Below the pieces are notes generated by a model that was not told the origin of the DNA, searched no databases, and saw nothing but the letters and a program-made list of their open reading frames with translations. The translations under genes were made by a program, and so were the position numbers. Source: a virus (taxonomy: Duplodnaviria > Caudoviricetes). Taken from it: 34,576 bases of DNA. Position 1 is the first letter of the stretch. Every line of letters begins with the position of its first letter. The stretch lies in the IMG/VR virus record IMGVR_UViG_3300034682_000127, positions 1-34,576 of that record. The stretch is one strand, 5' to 3'. Below, piece after piece: positions 1-8,199 of the stretch.

Positions 1-207
1 CAGCTGGATCAGTTAGTACTGACAGTACGTCAAATAGACGACCACGACCAAATACTGCAGGTGGGTATTAAGTCGGCTTAATCTATAGAAGTAAGCCTTA
101 CGCCGGATAAATGAGTTGAAACCGGCATAAGGTCTTAATGCTGTTTGAATATCTGGATTGCGGGAGAAGTGAAGTTGTTTACTCAACCTTATAGACACCC
201 ATAATGA

Positions 208-235
208 ATTTAACATAATAATCAATATATTGGCG
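208..235 (-). repeat. Left dif-like site (attL): canonical XerD arm, degenerate XerC arm
   Basis: Minus strand reads CGCCAATATAT-TGATTA-TTATGTTAAAT. TTATGTTAAAT is the XerD arm of E. coli and Vibrio dif. Confidence 0.85.
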
Positions 236-275
236 ATAAGTTAAAAATTACCGCCAAAATCAAGAGGATAGTGCA

Positions 276-587
276 TTATGCCGCTGCGCTATTGGTTAAA
301 ATGTCGCCGCCTTTTGAAGCCCTTTTAGCTACATCCTTCCAAAAGTTAAGCATTTCATAATTTCCGGTTCTTTCTTCGCGTTCAACATGAACGGATGCCA
401 TAACCCGCAAGGGATCAACATCCAAAAGGTCGGCAATTTGGAGCGCTAGAGAATCATCCATAAAACTGCGGCCAGAGCGGTAATTTGCAATGCGTGACGT
501 TCCGGTGGAAAGTTTCTTTGCAAGCTGATAGTCAGAAGTCAGGCCATAAGCGGCTTTGACGGCGTCAAGGAATTCGACCGTTTTCAT
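276..587 (-). CDS. HTH repressor of the filamentous-phage/satellite type (DUF3693-like)
   Basis: FLDAVKAAYGLTSDYQLAKKL...IANYRSGRSFMDD..ALQIADLL and a C-terminal W..VAK pattern. Transcribed divergently from the early operon. Confidence 0.75.
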   Translation of the reverse strand: MKTVEFLDAVKAAYGLTSDYQLAKKLSTGTSRIANYRSGRSFMDDSLALQIADLLDVDPLRVMASVHVEREERTGNYEMLNFWKDVAKRASKGGDILTNSAAA

Positions 588-654
588 GTTTTCTTTCCCA
601 TTTGTTCAAAAAATCCGCTGTAAGTTTAGATCAATACGTCAAGTCGCGTAACAC

Positions 655-687
655 CTCAATCGGATTGCGTGACTCAATCAGATTGAG
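655..687. promoter_or_regulatory. Tandem palindromic operators in the divergent repressor/early promoter region
   Basis: CTCAATC-G-GATTGCG (655-669) and perfect CTCAATC-A-GATTGAG (673-687). Possible rightward -35 TTGCGT (665-670) and -10 TAGCCT (689-694). Confidence 0.7.
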
Positions 688-827
688 CTAGCCTGATAAC
701 GCTTTCCCAAAAAGCAAAAAATCCCTACGGGCGGTCAGTTGGTTTCTTCACACCAGCTGACTTAGCCCGACCTACTGTAGGGGTAGGGTTAAGGGGTAGG
801 TCAAAAACACACAGTGGAGTATCCAGC

Positions 828-1118
828 ATGGATATAAATACAGTACATTCCGAAAATGAACACAAACTTAAAGCCACATTAGAGCTTTTGACGTACATGG
901 CAGAACATGCCAGCGACGACAAAGCTGCTGCCGATAGCATCAAATCAACCATTGCCTGTATCAAAGACTGCGGTAGCGATAACGCGATCAGTCCTGAGCA
1001 GGCCAAGCGCAACGCCTCCTACCTTGACCAAATTAAATCCTTTCTAAAACCAGCCAAAGCCGTTACGCAGTCAGCCAAGCCTGTTTACCAAAACCGATTG
1101 ATGGGGCTGCCGCTATGA
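828..1118 (+). CDS. Hypothetical early protein
   Basis: GGAG RBS. First gene of an ATGA-coupled early operon. Confidence 0.7.
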   Translation: MDINTVHSENEHKLKATLELLTYMAEHASDDKAAADSIKSTIACIKDCGSDNAISPEQAKRNASYLDQIKSFLKPAKAVTQSAKPVYQNRLMGLPL

Positions 1119-1357
1119 AAAACCGTCATTACCAACAAAAAACAGCCCTGGCGCTGTTATTCGTGCAGTCCTGTTTTATTGCCGGAGCCAAGTTTATGGG
1201 TGGTGAGGAAGGCAAAAAGCGGGTTTTGTTATCAGAAGTAACAATGCGAGCCAGCTTCTTTGTTAGTCCAAAGTGCGCCACGGTTGCACGCCGCATAGCA
1301 AGCGCCAGAATAGAACGCGCCTTACGTCAATTAAATGGACGGAGGCTGCCAGCATGA
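1115..1357 (+). CDS. Hypothetical early protein
   Basis: ATGA overlaps at both ends. Confidence 0.65.
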   Translation: MKNRHYQQKTALALLFVQSCFIAGAKFMGGEEGKKRVLLSEVTMRASFFVSPKCATVARRIASARIERALRQLNGRRLPA

Positions 1358-1746
1358 GCAACGTAACCAGCATTGAACAAATCCGCCGCGAAGCTGCGGC
1401 CAGGTCTCTGGAAATTGAAGCAAATAATTTGATGTGCGCGACAATGGAAAAAGACGAAAACTATTTTTTAACAGCCCGATTAGCCAAGTTATTCAAGGAC
1501 AGAGCGCAAAAGTACCGCGACGGTTTATTGCCGCTTACTTTGATGTGCCCAGGCTGCGGTATTCAGTTGCTTAAAGAGCTGGAAGGCGGCTACCACTGTT
1601 TTTGCCGCTTCTGTGTTCAGAAATTTCCGCCAGCGCCAGACGCCAACGGCTTTATTTTAGTTGGCACCTATCCAAACTTTGAGTGGAAACCAGTCACAAA
1701 GAGCGCTGTTGCTTACATCCAGAACAACGGGAAGGTGGCGCTATGA
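1354..1746 (+). CDS. Hypothetical protein with C-terminal Cys4 zinc-finger-like domain (GTYPNFEW motif)
   Basis: Start reassigned to ATG 1354 (GGAGG RBS, ATGA overlap). Contains CPGC...CFCRFC. Confidence 0.7.
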   Translation: MSNVTSIEQIRREAAARSLEIEANNLMCATMEKDENYFLTARLAKLFKDRAQKYRDGLLPLTLMCPGCGIQLLKELEGGYHCFCRFCVQKFPPAPDANGFILVGTYPNFEWKPVTKSAVAYIQNNGKVAL

Positions 1747-2195
1747 ACAGCATAAAAGAAAACAGCCAGTTGCTGAGCCAGTTCGCCAGCTTTGTGACTA
1801 TGCCTTTGCAGATCAAAGCCTACCAAATTAAACAAGGCGACACGGTGGAATACGTCACCGGAAGCATTGCAGAGCTGACCACCCAACACGGCAAGATTGA
1901 GTTTAGCCACACTAGGCCTATCGCTTTGGGTGATTACTTAATTACTGCAATGGTTAATGGCGTCTGCTACGCGTTGCACATGGATAAGCAGACATTCGTT
2001 GGCATTTATGCGCCACAGGCCGAACACGTTCCCACGGCGATAAACGAAAGCGCAGCAAAAGAGCTGATCGAACAAGCCAATGTTTTAGAACGGCTGCCAG
2101 CGCTAAACCACACCACCAGAAAAGCCAAAACCAAAGTAGCCAACACGCTTAAAAGCGTGGCTTTCCTGTTGCGTAACGGGGAGAAGCCAATATGA
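1743..2195 (+). CDS. Hypothetical early protein
   Basis: Start reassigned to ATG 1743 (ATGA overlap, GAAGG upstream). Confidence 0.7.
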   Translation: MNSIKENSQLLSQFASFVTMPLQIKAYQIKQGDTVEYVTGSIAELTTQHGKIEFSHTRPIALGDYLITAMVNGVCYALHMDKQTFVGIYAPQAEHVPTAINESAAKELIEQANVLERLPALNHTTRKAKTKVANTLKSVAFLLRNGEKPI

Positions 2196-2665
2196 ACAAT
2201 TTCAAAGACCAAGCCTACAAGCTTTCACCGCCAACAGGCCGTGGAACTGGCTTTAAGTTAGAAGAAGGCAATTACGATAACGGCCATGTTTGGAGAAGTA
2301 ACAGGGGTTTGGTTGAAACAATCCAAGGGATCGTTATTGCTTCCAGCTATTACTACGAAAAAAGCAAAAAACAAGGTAGCTGCCTGAGCATCATCAAAAA
2401 CGGTATGCAGCATCACCGCTTCTTTGAAAAAGAGTACACACAGAAAACGCTGGTTACTCTGGCTAAAAATTTTGCTGCAGATGTATTCAGCAACGAATTA
2501 GCCAGCGCAGCCGCGCACGATGCAGAAGTGGCAGCCAAAGCAATAGAAGAAGCCGCAGATTACATGATGGAGTATCTGGGCTTACCGAAGGACATAACTT
2601 CGGTTTCGACCATAGCACTTAAAGAATATGCGGCGAATATCAAAGCTAAGGCAGGTATCAAATGA
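2192..2665 (+). CDS. Hypothetical early protein
   Basis: ATGA-coupled, GGAG RBS. Confidence 0.7.
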   Translation: MNNFKDQAYKLSPPTGRGTGFKLEEGNYDNGHVWRSNRGLVETIQGIVIASSYYYEKSKKQGSCLSIIKNGMQHHRFFEKEYTQKTLVTLAKNFAADVFSNELASAAAHDAEVAAKAIEEAADYMMEYLGLPKDITSVSTIALKEYAANIKAKAGIK

Positions 2666-2919
2666 CTATCGGTTCCTTTGATATTCCATGTTCAGGCTGT
2701 GGCGTGAATTTAACGCAGGACAATATCGGCGGGTATCGCTGTTACTGCGATACCTGCGTTGCAGCCATACCACCAATGCCAGAAGCGCCGAAAGGAGCTG
2801 GCTTTATCCTCAGTGGCACCTATCCAAACTTTGAATGGCATGCCGCCACGCAAATGGTGGTTAAGCCGTCAACGCTTAGCCAGTGGCCGAACTTCACGGA
2901 CGAGGATATACCACAATGA
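2662..2919 (+). CDS. Small Cys4 zinc-finger-like protein, paralogous to the C-terminus of 1354-1746
   Basis: CSGC...CYCDTC...GFILSGTYPNFEW. Confidence 0.7.
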   Translation: MTIGSFDIPCSGCGVNLTQDNIGGYRCYCDTCVAAIPPMPEAPKGAGFILSGTYPNFEWHAATQMVVKPSTLSQWPNFTDEDIPQ

Positions 2920-3728
2920 ACAAGCCGTTTTTAAAATGGGCTGGTGGCAAGTCGAAACTGGCGGCCCGTATCAGCGCTGTGTTGCCAAAGGCTAAGTGCC
3001 TGGTCGAGCCGTTTGTGGGGGCTGGTTCAATTTTCCTGAACACGGATTATGAAGCCTATGTGTTGTGCGACATAAACCCCGACCTGATCAACACATTCAC
3101 GCAGCTAAAAAACCAGCCAGCGGCCTTTAGTGCCGATGCAGAGGCGCTTTTTGTGCCAGCTAACAATACAGACGCCATGTTTCGCCAACTGAAAGCCCGG
3201 TTTAATTCCACTGCGGATCAGTACGAAAAGGCGTTGTTGTTCGTGTACCTGAACCGCTTTTGCTTTAACGGCCTGTGCCGGTACAACAAGAAAGGCGAGT
3301 TTAATGTGGCCTTTGGTAAATACGCCTCGCCGTACTTTCCAAAAGAAGAACTGGCCGCTTTCGCCAGCCGCTTAGACCGTGCAGAGCTACATTGCCGCAG
3401 CTTTGAAGAAACCTTCAAACACCTGCCAGCCGACAGCGTTGTGTATTGCGATCCGCCCTACGTGCCGCTATCAAACACCGCCAACTTTACAGCCTACAGC
3501 ACAGGCGGTTTTGGCACAGTCGAACAGCGCTATTTGGCCTATCTGGCGAAAAACTGCCAAGTGCCTGTGGTTATTTCAAACCACGATACAGCCGAAAGCC
3601 GAGGCCTGTACTCAGGCGCAGAACTGCAGTGCTTTGAAGTACAGCGCAGCATATCAACCGACATCGAAAACAGGGGCAAAGCCAAAGAACTGATCGCCTC
3701 GTTTATGCCACAGGAGAAGGCAGCATGA
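2916..3728 (+). CDS. dam: Dam-family DNA adenine methyltransferase
   Basis: KPFLKWAGGK, EPFVGAGS, FNGLCRYN and DPPY motifs. Start at ATG 2916 with GAGGA RBS. Confidence 0.95.
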   Translation: MNKPFLKWAGGKSKLAARISAVLPKAKCLVEPFVGAGSIFLNTDYEAYVLCDINPDLINTFTQLKNQPAAFSADAEALFVPANNTDAMFRQLKARFNSTADQYEKALLFVYLNRFCFNGLCRYNKKGEFNVAFGKYASPYFPKEELAAFASRLDRAELHCRSFEETFKHLPADSVVYCDPPYVPLSNTANFTAYSTGGFGTVEQRYLAYLAKNCQVPVVISNHDTAESRGLYSGAELQCFEVQRSISTDIENRGKAKELIASFMPQEKAA

Positions 3729-4615
3729 TAATTACAGCAAACAGCTATTTCAGCGGCATAGGCCTGCTGGACTTGGGTTTAATGCAAGCCGGAATTGTCA
3801 TCAACAGCGCCTTTGAACTGGATGCAGACGCTTGTAAAACTTACAGGGCGAATCATCAGCACAAGCTGATCCAGTGCGACTTGTCCCAGCAGTTGGTTAT
3901 GGAGCAAGAAAGCTGCGACATCATGGCTTTTACTTACCCATGCACCAAGTACAGCACTATGGCGGATATAAACGGAACCCGCACCGGTGACGATTTATTC
4001 CTGCATGCGTTGCGTCATTTAGCCATAGCAAGGCCAGAAGCATACATGGTTGAAAACGTGCCAGGCATGCGCGCTTTTCCGGTGGTAATGGAAGCCATGA
4101 GCAGGTTGCCGGATTACTACGTGCAGGTGTTTTGCCCGATTAAAACCGAAACTTGGTTACCACAACGCCGTGACAGATTGATCATTATTGGCACACGCCG
4201 CCAGTTCGCAATTCGGCCGCCAGAAGGAACAAGGGCTATCAGCCTTGCGGATGTCGTGGAAGCAGATCCGCAGGTAACTTTACCCACTGCAATAGCCACC
4301 AGAATGAGCGGCCAGTACCGTGATTTACCAATTATTTCAGACCCAGCAAAAGGCGATATAGCGCCAACCTGCATTGCACATTATGCCAAAGACAAAAGCA
4401 CCCGCCTTATTGCGGATAAACGTTTTCCGTTAGGGGTTCGCCCTTACTCAGTACGTGAATACGCACGCCTTCAAGGCATACCGGATTCGTTCAAATTTCC
4501 AGTGTCAGAAACCGCCGCTTATCGCCAGATAGGCAACGGCGAACCAGTGGATATGGGCCGTTGGGCAGGAAAGGAATTAGTGCGTTATTTCAAACACAGG
4601 AGCTTAGCAGCATGA
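3725..4615 (+). CDS. C5-cytosine DNA methyltransferase (orphan)
   Basis: FSGIG (motif I), catalytic YPC, ENVPG, PQRRDR, REYARLQG and QIGN motifs. Confidence 0.92.
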   Translation: MIITANSYFSGIGLLDLGLMQAGIVINSAFELDADACKTYRANHQHKLIQCDLSQQLVMEQESCDIMAFTYPCTKYSTMADINGTRTGDDLFLHALRHLAIARPEAYMVENVPGMRAFPVVMEAMSRLPDYYVQVFCPIKTETWLPQRRDRLIIIGTRRQFAIRPPEGTRAISLADVVEADPQVTLPTAIATRMSGQYRDLPIISDPAKGDIAPTCIAHYAKDKSTRLIADKRFPLGVRPYSVREYARLQGIPDSFKFPVSETAAYRQIGNGEPVDMGRWAGKELVRYFKHRSLAA

Positions 4616-4794
4616 CAGCAATAGCCGTAGGAATCCTAACTGGCCTGTCGTGGGCTTTGAATCTGTTTTTGCTGATCAAAGAAGCGAATAAACCGCTAAC
4701 CAGGTCAGAAAAAATCGCAAAAGTTACATCACAAACTCTGCTTGTTGTGATGGTCATTTTATTAATTAATTTCCAAAGATTGGTGACAGCATGA
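4612..4794 (+). CDS. Small two-TM membrane protein
   Basis: ATGA-coupled start at 4612. Two hydrophobic segments. Confidence 0.55.
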   Translation: MTAIAVGILTGLSWALNLFLLIKEANKPLTRSEKIAKVTSQTLLVVMVILLINFQRLVTA

Positions 4795-5174
4795 GCCAGA
4801 AACCAAATACAGCCGCAGTAGCGGCAATCACAAATTTCCGTGTTCCGGCTGGCCGTGCTGTAGCCGTTTTAAAAGACAAGCTACAGGGCTTAATGGCTAT
4901 AGCGCCTGTCGGTTATTCCAATGGCGGTACAGAAGTGCATGAGCGCTTGGGCTTTATTCGCCACATAAACCCTGATCCAACCTGCGAACACGCCGCCTTT
5001 GATTTTATGTACACCGACGAAGAAGGCACCGCAGAAACCACAATCGTAGACGACGAAGAAATAACATTGTGCCTGCTGCCAAACCAGATGCATTTGCTGG
5101 CGAAGTTTCACCGACAAGCTTCTGCATCATGGGTCTTTGAAGCCTATGAAAAAGGCGAGGGGTTGCAGTCATGA
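4791..5174 (+). CDS. Hypothetical protein
   Basis: ATGA-coupled in the early operon. Confidence 0.65.
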   Translation: MSQKPNTAAVAAITNFRVPAGRAVAVLKDKLQGLMAIAPVGYSNGGTEVHERLGFIRHINPDPTCEHAAFDFMYTDEEGTAETTIVDDEEITLCLLPNQMHLLAKFHRQASASWVFEAYEKGEGLQS

Positions 5175-5383
5175 AATACCCACAGATATGCACAGCTATG
5201 GGAATTGTCGGAATTCTGGCAATCACCTTTATCGGCATTTACCCAAACAAAACCACAAGCCACGCCGAGTACTGCGCCGAAGAGCTGGTATCACGCAAGC
5301 CAGTAAACGGCCGCCTGGTTGAATCGCGTACCTGCAAAAGCTGGGTAGGTTGGCCAATTGAAATTCGCGAAGTAAAGCAGTGA
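5171..5383 (+). CDS. Small protein with N-terminal hydrophobic anchor and two distal Cys
   Basis: ATGA-coupled, GAGGGG RBS. Confidence 0.55.
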   Translation: MKYPQICTAMGIVGILAITFIGIYPNKTTSHAEYCAEELVSRKPVNGRLVESRTCKSWVGWPIEIREVKQ

Positions 5384-5390
5384 TCAGGTC

Positions 5391-7355
5391 ATGCACTTAA
5401 ACCCAGCCCTTAACCGCGACCAGCAGCGCTTTGTCGACAACATGCTGCACGGCCTGCCGAAGTCTTTCACGGCAGGCCTTTGGCCGTTGGCGCAGGCAGC
5501 AAAAGACAATCCAACACCGGAAAACAACAAAGCCTTTCGTAAAGCAGCAGTGAAAAAGCGGCAGCAGTACGGCCGCAAACTGCGCTACCTGCAACAGTTC
5601 AAAATACCCGCCAAGGTGATCAATCATAAAGAAAGCACTAAAAAGCTGGCCGACGAACTGGCCCAGCAGTGCTTTAGCGACATGGTAGAAGCCGCCGAAG
5701 GCTTGGGGCAGGAATACACCGAACACGAAGACAGAGTAAAAGCGGTGTACGACATTGTTTGTCAGCTTAGCGTGCAGCGCCTGCCGCAAGTGCAGCCGCC
5801 GCTGTGGGGCATGGAAACCGACACTTTAGCCATGGAATGCGCTTTATTGCGGATCCAGTGTGCCAAGTGGTGGCGTCGTAAGCTGTTAAAGCTGCGCCGT
5901 CAGCACCTTGAAACACTGGAAATACTGCAAGGGCAGGTTGGTAAAGGGGTTAGCCCATACGCCAGCAAACGCGCTGTTGCAGAGTTTATCCGCGATAAAG
6001 CAGCACAACGCCGCTGGGCAGAGTCGTTAACACTGGTCAATGAATGCGGCGACGAAATAGCTCTGATCAATGCCATTGAAGCCAGTACAGCCAACCCTGA
6101 AAACGCCAGGGCTGAACTGATGAAACGAATTCGCGGCCTTGAAGAGTGGGCCGAAGAAATCGGCTTTGGTGCCGTCTTTATCACAGTAACAGCGCCGTCG
6201 GATTATCACGCAACCAGCAACAACTGGAACGGCAGCACACCCAAAGACACCAACCGTTACATGGTCGACACCTGGGCGAAAGCCCGTGCCAAGTTAAAAA
6301 GGGAAGGTGCTGAGTATTTTGGTGTACGGGTAGCTGAACCGCATCAAGACGGTACGCCACACTGGCACATGATGTTATTCGCGCCAAAGGGCGACCTTAA
6401 GGCGATTTGCCGTTGTATTCGCTGGTACTTCTGCAAAGAAAACAAAGCCGAGCTGTTAGCCCGTTTTAAAAACCGCAAAAAGTTACGCAAGCTTTACCGC
6501 AAGGCGCGCCAACATTGGGGCTATCAAAAGTCGAAAGGAATAAAAGCCAGCGAACCGCGCAAGTTTCATTACCCGTTCCAACCGCGTTTTGATGCGGAAT
6601 ACATCGACCCAAGCAAGGGCAGTGCGTCGGCTTATATCGCTAAATACATCAGCAAAAACATCAACGGTTTCGAAGTGGCTGATCTGATAGATACCGAAAC
6701 AGGCAAAACCTTGGGTGATGGCGTGATGAACGTCAAAACATGGGCTAGCGTGTGGAGCGTTCGCCAGTTCCAGTTTCAGGGCTGCGACCCAATAACCGCA
6801 TACCGCGAAATTCGCCGTGTGCGCGAAGCCTTCACCGAAGAACACATGAAAGAACTAGAGCAATTGCGCCAGGCTGCAGACAGCAACGACTTTGTAAATT
6901 TCATCAGAGCATTACGCACCATAAAGGTAGAAATTCAATACGAAGTTACCCCATACGGCAACGAGTACGGCGAAGCAGTAAAACGAGTGAAGGGAATAGG
7001 GACCAGAGCAGTGGCAGTTTTGACGCGGCCGCATAAGTGGGAAATGCGCCGGAGCGCTGTTAAGTCTGGCGCAGCCGGACAATCTTGGACTTGTGGCGCT
7101 AACTGTACGGGTGGATCTGAGGATCGCGGTTATGTCCGAAACTCAGGTAAACCAACAGCGCCAACTCAAAAGCCGCCAGAAAAGGCCAATATCCACGGAC
7201 TTGACGCCGAGGCCATGACCATGTTGCAGCGAGGCTATACGGTAAACATTGCAGGCCAGCGCTGGAAAATACGCCACGGCACCGTGGAACAGCTGCCAGA
7301 ACCACCAAATTTAAGCCAGAGGGTGAATTATGTTGTTGCTCGAGGTCGACCATAG
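5391..7355 (+). CDS. P2 gpA-family rolling-circle replication endonuclease
   Basis: FITVTAPSDYH, RVAEPHQDGTPHWH (HUH), YIAKYISKNI (two catalytic Tyr), RQFQF. Confidence 0.95.
   Translation: MHLNPALNRDQQRFVDNMLHGLPKSFTAGLWPLAQAAKDNPTPENNKAFRKAAVKKRQQYGRKLRYLQQFKIPAKVINHKESTKKLADELAQQCFSDMVEAAEGLGQEYTEHEDRVKAVYDIVCQLSVQRLPQVQPPLWGMETDTLAMECALLRIQCAKWWRRKLLKLRRQHLETLEILQGQVGKGVSPYASKRAVAEFIRDKAAQRRWAESLTLVNECGDEIALINAIEASTANPENARAELMKRIRGLEEWAEEIGFGAVFITVTAPSDYHATSNNWNGSTPKDTNRYMVDTWAKARAKLKREGAEYFGVRVAEPHQDGTPHWHMMLFAPKGDLKAICRCIRWYFCKENKAELLARFKNRKKLRKLYRKARQHWGYQKSKGIKASEPRKFHYPFQPRFDAEYIDPSKGSASAYIAKYISKNINGFEVADLIDTETGKTLGDGVMNVKTWASVWSVRQFQFQGCDPITAYREIRRVREAFTEEHMKELEQLRQAADSNDFVNFIRALRTIKVEIQYEVTPYGNEYGEAVKRVKGIGTRAVAVLTRPHKWEMRRSAVKSGAAGQSWTCGANCTGGSEDRGYVRNSGKPTAPTQKPPEKANIHGLDAEAMTMLQRGYTVNIAGQRWKIRHGTVEQLPEPPNLSQRVNYVVARGRP
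7084..7106 (+). other. Putative rolling-circle origin inside gpA
   Basis: CTTG^GACTTGTGGCGCTAACTGT aligns with the P2 ori CTCG^GAGTCCTGTCAATAACTGT, at the same relative position in gene A. Confidence 0.7.
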
Positions 7356-7762
7356 TCGGCAATGTCTGCGCCAGCTGCTACCGTCACCAATAGACAGCGC
7401 TGACAGCACAGGCCTTGCTGCTGGTTTTACAGCTGAAGCACAGTTAGTTGTGACTACGCTGTCCAGAATAGTCAGGGGTAGCTATGTCAGCAGCTAGTTA
7501 TTTGGGCGCCAAAAATGGCAGTGGTGTTTACCAGGCGATTATCAACCTGATGCCACCCCATGACACTTACATCGAAGCGTTTTTAGGCACCGGTGCAGTA
7601 ATGCGCAGGAAAGGCCCAGCCAGCCGCAGTATTGGTATTGATAAAAATCAGCAGTGCATAGACGGTTTTGTCTATGAAGTACTCGGAATAGATGCAGCTG
7701 ACTACGTGGTACCAGAACTTGTTTTAGGGGACGCCTTTAGCTACATAGCGAACTTTGACTAC
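7352..7762. repeat. Array 1 of the 18-bp palindromic motif RYAGHY-N6-RDCTRY
   Basis: Copies start at 7352, 7440, 7468, 7658 and 7688. Near-matches at 7390 and 7745. Confidence 0.8.
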
Positions 7763-8181
7763 GCTGCAGCTGGTAAAACTCTGATCTACTGCGACCCGCC
7801 TTATGTGCATAGCACCAGAACAAGCAACGCCAGGTATCAGCACAACTAACCGACGATGAGCACAGAGAATTGCTGGCCATACTAAAAGCAGTGCCTGCGC
7901 TGGTGATCTTATCAGGCTACCGCAACGACATTTACGAACAGGAATTATCAGACTGGTGGAGCATGGATTTTCAAGCCATGACACGCGGCGGGGTAAGAAC
8001 CGAAACTGTGTGGTGCAACTTTGAGCCAGGTAAAATCCATTACCATAGCTATGCCGGTAAAAACGCCACCGACAGGCAACGAATTAAGCGCAAGGCTGCG
8101 CGCTGGGCCAAGGACTTTGCCAAACTACCGCAGCCAGAACAGCAAGCAATACTGGCCGCTTTGTTATCAGCTGGAGAGTAA
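7484..8181 (+). pseudogene. Small D12-class N6-adenine methyltransferase interrupted by a 1-bp frameshift
   Basis: YLGAK, YIEAFLGTGAV and DPPY lie in the 5' frame. LTDDEHRELL, ILSGY and RTETVWCNF lie in the -1 frame. Adding one base at 7843/7844 (CAC [G]AA CTA ACC GAC) rejoins them. Confidence 0.8.
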
Positions 8182-8199
8182 AATAATAGGAGCTTTGCA

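Noticed and set aside
1-60. Weak matches to the 18-bp palindrome in the left flank (TCAGTT-AGTACT-GACAGT; ATAGAC-GACCAC-GACCAA)
   Set aside because: Two mismatches each and too little flanking context to count them as real copies.
13-225. 70-aa minus-strand ORF
   Set aside because: It starts inside the dif-like site, has no recognisable features and is probably spurious.
2916-4615. Restriction-modification system
   Set aside because: No adjacent endonuclease-like ORF. The enzymes sit in the phage early operon as orphans.
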